Positions 56,433-64,000 of a stretch of 64,000 bases of DNA are shown here, piece by piece. The stretch is from positions 472,506-536,505 of the forward strand of contig JBAZJW010000001.1 in the NCBI GenBank assembly GCA_041651055.1, given 5' to 3'. The notes under the pieces are model-generated. The model did not search any database, had not been told where the DNA came from, and worked only from the letters and a program-made list of their open reading frames with translations. The DNA comes from Minisyncoccota bacterium (lineage in GTDB: Bacteria > Patescibacteriota > Minisyncoccia > Phycocordibacterales > UBA5272). A program made the translations under genes and the position numbers. The number at the start of each line of letters is the position of its first letter. Positions within the stretch are counted from its first letter, which is position 1.

Positions 56433-58394
56433 TCAGCCTTGTATTGTCAGACGTTTAGACACAATATCGACAACCAGCCCGTCATAGTTGACTGCCGTCA
56501 TTTCCACATCAGGTGAAGCCGTGAAGCCGAACGAGTTAAACAGCTTGCACATTTTCGTGTTGCTCTTGTAGGTGATTGCGTGCAACTTCTCTACCTCTGC
56601 CTCCTTCGCCCAATCAACCAAAGTACACATGAGATGCTGCCCTATCCCCTCTCCTTCGCGACCGCTTAGTCGAGAGAAGGCAACCTCATACTCCTTTTCA
56701 CCTTCAACTTTGAATGCGTGCGCCACTCCAATAATGGCACCATGTAATTCAACGACGAAGGCGGCGTGCTTCACAAAATCAAGCGAATGAACATACCAAT
56801 CGTTCATACGTTTGTCAGACGTAAGATACGAAACACTTACCGTTCCCATGTATCGACTGGCGAGGTCTGAGGTCGACTGAGAATTAAGGTATGTTCTGAT
56901 TGCGGGAATATCGTTTGATGTTGCTGGACGAACAGTTACATGCTCACCGCTTTTCAAAAGAACGATTCGTGGGGGAATGACCCCGACCCCTTGCATTGCA
57001 GGAAGAAGCCCCACTTTTCTCTCAAGCGAGAATCTCCACTTCGGACAAGAGACCTCCAACATTGCTTCTACTCGTTGACGGTCCGAGCGACCTCGCAAGT
57101 CGGCAACACCTTGCTCAGTTATTACAACGAGAGGCAAGTTGGCACTAATGGTGTAATGAGACCCTTCTGCGTGGACATCAACAATCTTGCCCTCTTCCGT
57201 TCCTTCCCCTAAGAAAACGGAACTTCGGAAAGCAATGATGGAGACCCCTCCACGAGAACGACGCGCTCCGTAAGCGAAATCGTACTGACCACCAACATCG
57301 GAGTAATACTCCTTGCCAATCATCGACGCAACAACTTGACCAAGCAGACTCACAGCAAGTGCTGTGTTAATGCTAGCCATATAGTCATTACGCCCAATCA
57401 TGAAAGGATCGTTCACAATTTCTTGTGGAAGCACCACAAAGTCGTGATTCTCGTGCATCGTCTCATACAACTCTTTCGAGCCAAGGACGAATCCGACAAC
57501 GATACGGTCGCGGAGATACTCCCCTCGAGTGTTCCGAATCAATCCTGCTTTGTAGAGCTGAAGGACCCCATCTGAGAACATTTCAGACCAAATGCCGCGA
57601 ACAGACACCCCAAGTGTCGCAAGCATTTCTGCGAACGCATTTGGAATAGCTCCGATACCCAGCTGAAGTGTGTGGGGAAGCTCAGAAACCTCGGAATAAG
57701 AAGACAGGAATCTGACAATCTTGCTCGCAACCGCTTTAGACGGCAAGACATCCTTCGGTTTGATCTTCATCGCGTGCTCAAGGAGTATTTCATCCTGATA
57801 CACTACGAGGTCGAACTCATCGAGGAACATCGCGCATCCGTAATCGATCTCGAGGCCAGTCTCCTTATCCTTGATCTTTCCAATTGCGAAGCGAGGCATA
57901 TTACTATTCACGACCGCGATCTTGAATTTCGCATTCCTGACTGCGGAGATGTCGAGTCCAGCATTCAAGCCGAGTGTGACACGTCCAAGGTCATCAGGAG
58001 ACGAAACGTGCGCGAACGCAACATCAGGACGCCAGAGTCCTTCGAAAAGTTCGTGCACGTTGGAAAGATGTTCATGAATATTGTCCGCATGTCCTTCGTT
58101 TACCAGATCACGAACCCCGGGTCCAATGAATGGTGTTACAGGCCTCACGCCGTGTGCAACTGCTTTCCTCCATCCATGTTTATCGCCGAGTGAGAGTGTC
58201 TGAAACACATAGGTCAGCTCACCTCCAGTAATAATCCGTGCATTAGTGAACAAGAGTTCTTCGAGCCATCCAATTCTTCCTGTGTTACCAGGAATGTAAA
58301 GAACTGGAGTCTTCCCCTCTTTTTGAATCAAACCAAAAATCTCCCCTACGTAGTTCATGGCAACGGGGGCAGTGCAAACCTTTTTGTTAGTCAT
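56433..58394 (-). CDS. Acetyl-CoA hydrolase/transferase-family domain fused to a C-terminal GNAT acetyltransferase domain
   Basis: SDVGGQYDFAYGA (GGQxDF family hallmark) in the first ~480 aa. C-terminal ~160 aa has GNAT motif A (LSGREGEGIGQHLM). Confidence 0.7.
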   Translation of the reverse strand: MTNKKVCTAPVAMNYVGEIFGLIQKEGKTPVLYIPGNTGRIGWLEELLFTNARIITGGELTYVFQTLSLGDKHGWRKAVAHGVRPVTPFIGPGVRDLVNEGHADNIHEHLSNVHELFEGLWRPDVAFAHVSSPDDLGRVTLGLNAGLDISAVRNAKFKIAVVNSNMPRFAIGKIKDKETGLEIDYGCAMFLDEFDLVVYQDEILLEHAMKIKPKDVLPSKAVASKIVRFLSSYSEVSELPHTLQLGIGAIPNAFAEMLATLGVSVRGIWSEMFSDGVLQLYKAGLIRNTRGEYLRDRIVVGFVLGSKELYETMHENHDFVVLPQEIVNDPFMIGRNDYMASINTALAVSLLGQVVASMIGKEYYSDVGGQYDFAYGARRSRGGVSIIAFRSSVFLGEGTEEGKIVDVHAEGSHYTISANLPLVVITEQGVADLRGRSDRQRVEAMLEVSCPKWRFSLERKVGLLPAMQGVGVIPPRIVLLKSGEHVTVRPATSNDIPAIRTYLNSQSTSDLASRYMGTVSVSYLTSDKRMNDWYVHSLDFVKHAAFVVELHGAIIGVAHAFKVEGEKEYEVAFSRLSGREGEGIGQHLMCTLVDWAKEAEVEKLHAITYKSNTKMCKLFNSFGFTASPDVEMTAVNYDGLVVDIVSKRLTIQG

Positions 58395-58593
58395 TTAGAA
58401 TTCCCTCACGAGTGACTGTTGATAAAGAACCGTATTTTTATATGAGTGATATACATCACCTGTCTCTACAAACACCCTACCATATTATCTATAAGGGGTG
58501 CAATAATTTTGATCTATTCCAAAACTCCAATAAGGAACTTTTAAAAAACCGAAATTCGGCATACACTAGAAACTATTACACGAACACTCCCTA

Positions 58594-58847
58594 TTTAAGC
58601 CCGGCTCTTACACATGCCACAACCGAAACGTATTTCTTGGTCGCTACGTATGCCTTCTCTGTAGCGTTGGCACAATTAATAAGTACGAGTCCTGTTTTTG
58701 TTTGCTTTGCACTTTTTTCTTGTAGCTGTGTAAGTGCGATGTTAGCAGTATTAAGCTTTGCAACCTGTGCTGTGTGGTCAAAAAAGAAGGCCACCGACAC
58801 GCCAATTAAGAGAACGCTGAGCAAAACGATTGAAATTGTTTTCATAA
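58594..58847 (-). CDS. Small secreted hypothetical protein
   Basis: 84 aa with an N-terminal signal-like helix (MKTISIVLLSVLLIGVSVA). Start chosen inside the longer ORF. Confidence 0.3.
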
Positions 58848-58939
58848 AAATGTATAGAGATAGTATACAACATAATGAGGAGGAGTTGGGGGATAAGTGA
58901 GAATAAAAAAGCCCCCACGTTTCCGTGAGGGGTGGGCGA

Positions 58940-59356
58940 TTAGCCGAGTTGTCCGTGTCGCGTCCATGCGCGCCGCGTGCAGGTGAGTGCAACGAGGGCG
59001 GCGCCGAAAGCGGAAAAGACACAGGCCCAGAGCGTGCTGGTGCGTGCGAACTCTTCAACACTGGCGTACAACTCCAGATCCTTCATCTGCGGAATCATCA
59101 GGCCGGAGCCGACGAGGCCTGCAAGGCAGATGACCAGCCATCCGATGAGGAACAGCAGGCGGGCGCGCTTGGTGACGGCAACCTCCTTCAACGCAAAGTG
59201 CAGTACGAAGTACTGGAACACAAAGCTATTGAAGAAAATCAGGACGCCGATAAAGGCCAGTGCCCCCGACAAGGCCAGGCCGGTCACGCCCGAAAGCGCA
59301 AGGGTGGCCAAGAAGCTGTACAGAATGCGGGCGACAAGGTGAAGTTCTTTGATCAT
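58940..59356 (-). CDS. Hypothetical 4-TM membrane protein in a GC-rich (~58%) block
   Basis: 138-aa ORF. Composition strongly deviates from the flanks. Confidence 0.5.
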   Translation of the reverse strand: MIKELHLVARILYSFLATLALSGVTGLALSGALAFIGVLIFFNSFVFQYFVLHFALKEVAVTKRARLLFLIGWLVICLAGLVGSGLMIPQMKDLELYASVEEFARTSTLWACVFSAFGAALVALTCTRRAWTRHGQLG

Positions 59357-59446
59357 GCTATGTTCTCCGGGTTGTTAAAGGACTTAACCAGTATAGCATG
59401 AAAAATAGACTGTGTCAATAGCTTGCGAAGAGATCGGCTCTCGGCA

Positions 59447-59463
59447 GGAATCGGCTACAAATC
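59447..59463. repeat. 17-bp direct repeat of the tRNA-Arg(GCG) 3' end
   Basis: gctctcggcaggaatcg is identical to 59630-59646. Followed by gctacaaatc...tcgtcgccactcaa...ccgccgctcgtggttt, an arm homologous to 35020-35086. Confidence 0.6.
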
Positions 59464-59577
59464 TTTTTTCGTCGCCACTCAAAAAGTTCGCAGCCCGCCG
59501 CTCGTGGTTTTTCTTGCTAGAAAAACATCACTGCGCCCATTCGATTCCTGACGAAAAGCGCGCAGGCGCTTTTCTCC

Positions 59578-59635
59578 GAGAGCACAAAATACAAAAACCA
59601 CTTCTTTATGAAGTGGTTTTTGTATTTTGTGCTCT
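59578..59635. repeat. 58-bp AT-rich palindrome abutting the tRNA-Arg(GCG) 3' end
   Basis: gagagcacaaaatacaaaaaccacttc-tttatg-aagtggtttttgtattttgtgctctc. Confidence 0.7.
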
Positions 59636-59700
59636 CGGCAGGAATCGAACCTGCATCGCAAGTACCGCAAACTTGAATTCTATCCATTGAACTACGAGAG
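59629..59700 (-). tRNA. tRNA-Arg (GCG)
   Basis: Acceptor GCTCTCG/CGAGAGC. Anticodon stem CAAGT/ACTTG with loop TTGCGGT. T-arm GCAGG-TTCGATT-CCTGC. Confidence 0.7.
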
Positions 59701-59863
59701 CATGTGTACCACGAAAGTTTTCTCACGTGATACCGTACACCGCACGAGAAGTTTCTCTAGAAACTGAATGCAGTACGAGGAGCTTAGAAATTTTTGGAAG
59801 TAAGGCGTACATGCTAGTACGACGACTGAGAAAAATTCCGTAGCGACAACGTAATGCGTCAGT

Positions 59864-60130
59864 TTATTTAGAAACTTTCGCTACAGCCTTTGCGAGGCGT
59901 GACTTCTTGCGGTTCGCAGTCCCCTTCTTGATAGTACCCTTCTTTGCAGCTTTATCGAGAGCTTTGAAAGCGAGAGAAAGATCTGAAGTGAGTGCTTTCG
60001 CATCCTTACTTACAACATCTTTGCGGACAGTTTTCACAGCTTCCTTCATTGTACGACGAACACGGTCGTTAACGACTCGCTTTCTATCGCTTACACGTAA
60101 TGCTTTCTTTGCGTTTTTTGTAATTGCCAT
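59864..60130 (-). CDS. rpsT: Ribosomal protein S20
   Basis: Basic 88-aa protein. MAITKNAKKALR...RNR pattern. Confidence 0.8.
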   Translation of the reverse strand: MAITKNAKKALRVSDRKRVVNDRVRRTMKEAVKTVRKDVVSKDAKALTSDLSLAFKALDKAAKKGTIKKGTANRKKSRLAKAVAKVSK

Positions 60131-60292
60131 ATCTTTTTTGTATGCCTCACTATACCACGTATCGTCAACCTTTTCAAGGCGAACAATACGTCAAAAAATG
60201 AAAAGTCCATAAAGTGAAAAGTGGGGGCAATTTCATTCCCTATACAAACCCACAACCTAACACCCACAAACTATTCCTGATATACTACCCCC

Positions 60293-60853
60293 ATGATTGG
60301 ATTTCTTCGCGGCAAAGCCCTAATAAGTAATGAAAGCGCTGTACTGCTTGATGTTTCTGGTGTTGGCTATCGCGTCCACTGTCCTTTACCTCTTCTTGTT
60401 TCTGTAACGGTTGGCCAAGAAATGTCTCTCTATATTCATTCTCATATACGTGAAGACCAGTTCACGTTGTATGGATTCAAGGATGAACTCGATCTTTTCC
60501 TTTTTGAAAAACTTATAGGTGTCTCTGGTATCGGACCGAAATCTGCGCTTGCCATGCTGTCTGTTCATTCCCCTGCTTCTATCGCGGACGCTGTCGAAAG
60601 AGAAGATGTTTCTGCTCTTTCGCACACACCAGGTGTTGGTAAAAAAACTGCTGAGAAAATTATACTCGAACTTCGAGGAAAACTTTCTCATCTCGTAGGA
60701 ACAAAAGAAACTGACACAACCTACGAAGTTCGTCTTGCTCTTGAAACCCTCGGATACTCTTCAAAAGAAATTCATGACGTTCTCCAAAAACTTCATGTCG
60801 ACAAGAAAACAACCAGTGCACTTATCAAAGAAGCCTTAAGTCTCCTTCAATAA
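60293..60853 (+). CDS. ruvA: Holliday junction DNA helicase subunit RuvA
   Basis: MIGFLRG...VGYRV N-terminal OB domain. Two HhH motifs (GIGPKSA, GVGKKTAEKI). Confidence 0.85.
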   Translation: MIGFLRGKALISNESAVLLDVSGVGYRVHCPLPLLVSVTVGQEMSLYIHSHIREDQFTLYGFKDELDLFLFEKLIGVSGIGPKSALAMLSVHSPASIADAVEREDVSALSHTPGVGKKTAEKIILELRGKLSHLVGTKETDTTYEVRLALETLGYSSKEIHDVLQKLHVDKKTTSALIKEALSLLQ

Positions 60854-60857
60854 TTAT

Positions 60858-62165
60858 ATGGAAAAAATTCTACGCGCCATCGAAAATCTCATTCCAAAAA
60901 AACTCTACTCATTCTTTCAGCCAATCTATCATTTCCTTCTTGCTCTGACCGGCACCTATCTTTACCGAAATCCATCTCGAAACATTTTTGTCATCGGTGT
61001 CACGGGCACGAAAGGAAAATCTTCAACAACAGAATTCATTAATGCTGTGCTCGAAGCCTCTGGAAAGAAAACTGCAATTCTTTCAACAATACGTTTTAAG
61101 GTTGGAGAAGACAGTCATGCCAACAAATATAAAATGACAATGCCGGGAAGATTCTTCACACAAAAGTTTCTCCGCGATGCGGTAGATGCGAAGTGTGAAT
61201 ACGCGATTATTGAAATGACCTCTGAAGGTGCACGCTTCTATCGTCATGTTGGTGTCGAAATGGATGCGCTTGTGTTCACCAACCTCTCCCCTGAGCACAT
61301 CGAGTCCCATGGGTCGTTTGAAAAATACAAAGCCGCAAAGCTTCGTCTCGTAAGACATCTCGCCAAAAGTCCGAAGGCAGTGCGCATGTCTATCGCAAAC
61401 GTGGACAATGAACACGCTCCCTCTTTTCTTGTTCATGATGTTGAAAAAAACATTGGCTACTCGCTCAAGGATGTAGAAATTATTTCTGAAACAGAAACAT
61501 CAAGTACTGTGCTGTGGCAAGATACAAAAATAACCATACCTCTTCCGGGTAAATTTAATATTTCAAATGCAGTCGCAGCACTCACGCTTGCGCGAGAGTT
61601 AGGAGTTTCTGTGGAAGATGCCAAGAAAGGAATCGAAGGGCTGTCGCTTATTCGCGGACGAGTAGAAAGAATTGAGATGGAACCTCTCGAAGGAACTCGA
61701 GGTAAACAAGATTTCACGGTCATCGTCGACTACGCACACACCGATGATTCTCTTCGCAAGTTGTATGAAGCGTTTCCTTTGTCTCGAAAGATTGCCGTGC
61801 TCGGCTCTACCGGTGGAGGAAGAGATTCTTGGAAGCGTCCCGTCTTAGGAAAAATTGCAGACGAACTGTGTGAAGAAATTATCATCACCAACGAAGATCC
61901 GTATGATGAAAATCCTATGAAAATTATTAACGAAGTGGCAAGCGGTGTAACCAACCATATCCCTATTATTCTTCCGGATCGTCGTGAAGCAATAGCAAAA
62001 GCAATTTCACTCGCGCGTACTGGTGATGTCGTTCTCATCAGCGGGAAAGGTACCGATCCGTACATCATGGGTCCACATGGTGCGAAAGAAGTGTGGGACG
62101 ACGCGACCGTGGCGAGGGAGGAGTTGGGGAAGAAGTTAGGAGAACGAAGTAGGGAGCATGAATAA
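60858..62165 (+). CDS. Mur ligase family protein (MurE-like)
   Basis: P-loop GVTGTKGKSST. DYAHTDDSL and GSTGGGRDSWKRP C-terminal blocks. Confidence 0.65.
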   Translation: MEKILRAIENLIPKKLYSFFQPIYHFLLALTGTYLYRNPSRNIFVIGVTGTKGKSSTTEFINAVLEASGKKTAILSTIRFKVGEDSHANKYKMTMPGRFFTQKFLRDAVDAKCEYAIIEMTSEGARFYRHVGVEMDALVFTNLSPEHIESHGSFEKYKAAKLRLVRHLAKSPKAVRMSIANVDNEHAPSFLVHDVEKNIGYSLKDVEIISETETSSTVLWQDTKITIPLPGKFNISNAVAALTLARELGVSVEDAKKGIEGLSLIRGRVERIEMEPLEGTRGKQDFTVIVDYAHTDDSLRKLYEAFPLSRKIAVLGSTGGGRDSWKRPVLGKIADELCEEIIITNEDPYDENPMKIINEVASGVTNHIPIILPDRREAIAKAISLARTGDVVLISGKGTDPYIMGPHGAKEVWDDATVAREELGKKLGERSREHE

Positions 62166-62520
62166 AATACAAACATTTACAGACCTAATTACTTGGCAAG
62201 AAGGACATGTTCTTGTTCTTGAAATTTACAAAATAACAAAAACATTACCAAGGCAAGAACAGTACGGAATAACCAGTCAAATACAGCGCGCTGCAGTATC
62301 CGTAACATGTAACATTGCAGAAGGATTTGGAAGAAGAGGTCAAAAAGAAAAAGTTCAATTCTACTATATTGCTCATGGATCATTAACAGAAACACAGAAC
62401 TTACTGTTTATCTTACGAGATACGGGATTTATTTCTCAAGAACTAGCAGTTTCCGTATTTGCTCAGACCGCTAAAGTCCAATCACTCCTTAATGGTTTAA
62501 TACGAAGCACAAAGGAATAG
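62158..62520 (+). CDS. Four-helix-bundle protein (TIGR02436-like)
   Basis: NIAEGFGR motif and overall 120-aa helical pattern. Confidence 0.65.
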   Translation: MNKIQTFTDLITWQEGHVLVLEIYKITKTLPRQEQYGITSQIQRAAVSVTCNIAEGFGRRGQKEKVQFYYIAHGSLTETQNLLFILRDTGFISQELAVSVFAQTAKVQSLLNGLIRSTKE

Positions 62521-62567
62521 TGTTCATACTTCTTGCTCCATACTTCATTCTTCTGTAGAGTATATCC

Positions 62568-63488
62568 ATGCCAGAACTCCCCGAGGTACATACTACCGTC
62601 ACCGGTTTACAAAACGTTTTACCGAATCTTTCTATCACGGATATTTGGTCAGATATGTGGAGCGAGTCAAAACTTGCGAAGAATACGATTAAAGATCGTG
62701 ATTATTTTTCCTATTTCAAAAAATACACACTCAATCAAAAAGTTCTTCAGGTGAGACGTCGCGCAAAATATATTCTCATTGATTTAGAAAATGGTTTCAC
62801 GATAGTTGTTCATATGAAGATGACAGGCCATCTCATGTATGGAATGTACAAGCATGATGCAAACTACAATGGTCGGGAATGGTCATGGATTCCGACCGAA
62901 AAAGATTCACCTCTCCACGATTCATACAACCGTCACATTCACGTCGTGTTCACACTTTCCAATAAAAAGCAGTTGGTGTTTTGTGACTCTCGCAAGTTCG
63001 GCACCATTGTTGTACAGAAAACAGATACGTTACACACCGACAAACTTGCTCACCTTGGCCCCGAACCTCTCGAAACGTCGTTTACCTTTCCTCTCTTTGC
63101 GGAACGACTCATGAAATCCCCTGCTCGCGCCATCAAAACAGTTCTCATGGACCAAACAATTATTTCCGGTATTGGAAATATTTATTCTGATGAAATGTTG
63201 CACCGCGCGCACATTCTTCCTACACGTACACCAAAAAGTCTCAATGAAAAAGAAAAGAAATTATTGTATGTATCACTACGCGAAGTTTTGAAAAAAGGAA
63301 TTGATTTCGGTGGTGACAGTATGAGTGATTACAGAAACATAGAAGGGTCTCGTGGTGAGTTTCAGAAAAAGCACCTCGTCTATTTAAGAACAAAAGAAAA
63401 ATGTTTTACCAGAGGATGTAGTGGAACAATTGAAAAGAAAACAATAGGAGGAAGATCTGCGCATTTTTGTCCAAAGTGTCAGAAATAG
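62568..63488 (+). CDS. mutM: Formamidopyrimidine-DNA glycosylase (Fpg/Nei family)
   Basis: N-terminal MPELPEV with catalytic Pro2/Glu3. H2TH region. C-terminal zinc finger CxxC...CPKCQ. Confidence 0.85.
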   Translation: MPELPEVHTTVTGLQNVLPNLSITDIWSDMWSESKLAKNTIKDRDYFSYFKKYTLNQKVLQVRRRAKYILIDLENGFTIVVHMKMTGHLMYGMYKHDANYNGREWSWIPTEKDSPLHDSYNRHIHVVFTLSNKKQLVFCDSRKFGTIVVQKTDTLHTDKLAHLGPEPLETSFTFPLFAERLMKSPARAIKTVLMDQTIISGIGNIYSDEMLHRAHILPTRTPKSLNEKEKKLLYVSLREVLKKGIDFGGDSMSDYRNIEGSRGEFQKKHLVYLRTKEKCFTRGCSGTIEKKTIGGRSAHFCPKCQK

Positions 63489-64000
63489 AAAAGAGGAGAG
63501 CGTGTAAAGTTTAGAGAGATACAAAATACAATGACCGTCATTGTATTTGAATATTGATTATTGTTTCATTGAATATTATTTCTCCTGCTATACTATTCCT
63601 CATATGGGAGTACTTCTAAAAATCTTCTTCGGCTTCTGGCTCGTATGGCTACTCTGGTATGTTACTGGTGGACCTCTTCGTGACGACAGATCAAAACCAT
63701 ATATTGGGTTTAATCAAGGAGGACAATTAGAAAACTTTGGAACGAGCACGGTCAAATAGGTTCCTTGGTCGCTCTTCCCAGACTGGAAAAGCGTTGTATT
63801 TTGTGATAGTATGTTAAAACGTTATTCGAAAAGACTTTATTGTGTTTGGTTTTTCTAAAGTCTAATGTCTAATGTCTAAAATCTGTTTCCGTGTCCCTGT
63901 GGCTCGAGCGGCTCGGCCGCGAGATGTCGTAAGCTAGCAAGCGTCGACGCAAGTCGGTAGATATAGCAAAGCGTGCACATGGTGAGTAGGTAGTAAAATA

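Noticed and set aside
58412-59061. 162-aa plus-strand ORF and 156-aa minus-strand ORF overlapping each other
   Set aside because: Mutually overlapping. Only the C-terminal 84-aa part of the minus ORF has a credible start and signal peptide, so only that part was kept.
62158-62520. Four-helix-bundle gene as a marker of a 23S rRNA intervening sequence
   Set aside because: No rRNA sequence in the window. The gene is free-standing between the Mur ligase and mutM.

Overview
This is a low-GC (~40%), gene-dense bacterial window. Most genes are on the minus strand. tRNA genes do not encode CCA. Several enzymes are minimal versions: a 261-aa pyruvate kinase, a 184-aa RecO-like protein and a 481-aa MetRS. 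This fits a reduced-genome lineage, possibly CPR/Patescibacteria-like; that placement is inference only.

Housekeeping genes called from the sequence:
- Aminoacyl-tRNA synthetases: metG, ileS, argS.
- A dTMP-cycle cluster: glyA, a dCMP-deaminase-like gene, thyA and folA, with HIT, cytidylyltransferase-like and CYTH genes between them.
- The secE-nusG-rplK block, plus rplS, rpsT, ruvA, ruvX, mutM, enolase, a P-type ATPase, an ECF sigma factor with a putative anti-sigma partner, and six tRNAs: His-GTG, Leu-GAG, Val-TAC, Arg-TCT, Ser-TGA and Arg-GCG.

Most interesting observations:
1. IleRS carries an in-frame ~200-aa histidine-phosphatase (PGAM-like) domain inside its connective-peptide region. 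The catalytic motifs RHGE and THGG are intact.
2. A T-box-like leader with a terminator hairpin sits upstream of ileS.
3. A 20-bp direct repeat of the tRNA-Ser 3' end bounds a ~12-kb island. The island carries a large serine recombinase, a ParB-DNA methyltransferase fusion, a TerS-like HTH protein, several unknown genes and a GC-rich (~57%) two-gene cassette.
4. Partial 3'-end duplications of tRNA-His and tRNA-Arg(GCG), and partial copies of the tRNA-Leu T-arm, are tied to families of structured composite repeats next to tRNA genes. These include hairpins with compensatory changes and long AT-rich palindromes with conserved arms.
5. An ATGTAC-N5-GTACAT palindrome occurs three times in the leaders of rplK and a SIMPL-domain gene, inside stems that covary.
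6. An AT-rich two-gene membrane module and a tandem 60-bp repeat lie between ileS and argS.
7. One protein fuses an acetyl-CoA hydrolase/transferase-family domain to a GNAT domain.

No rRNA or CRISPR array was seen. A tmRNA candidate at 34992-35315 was examined and rejected.
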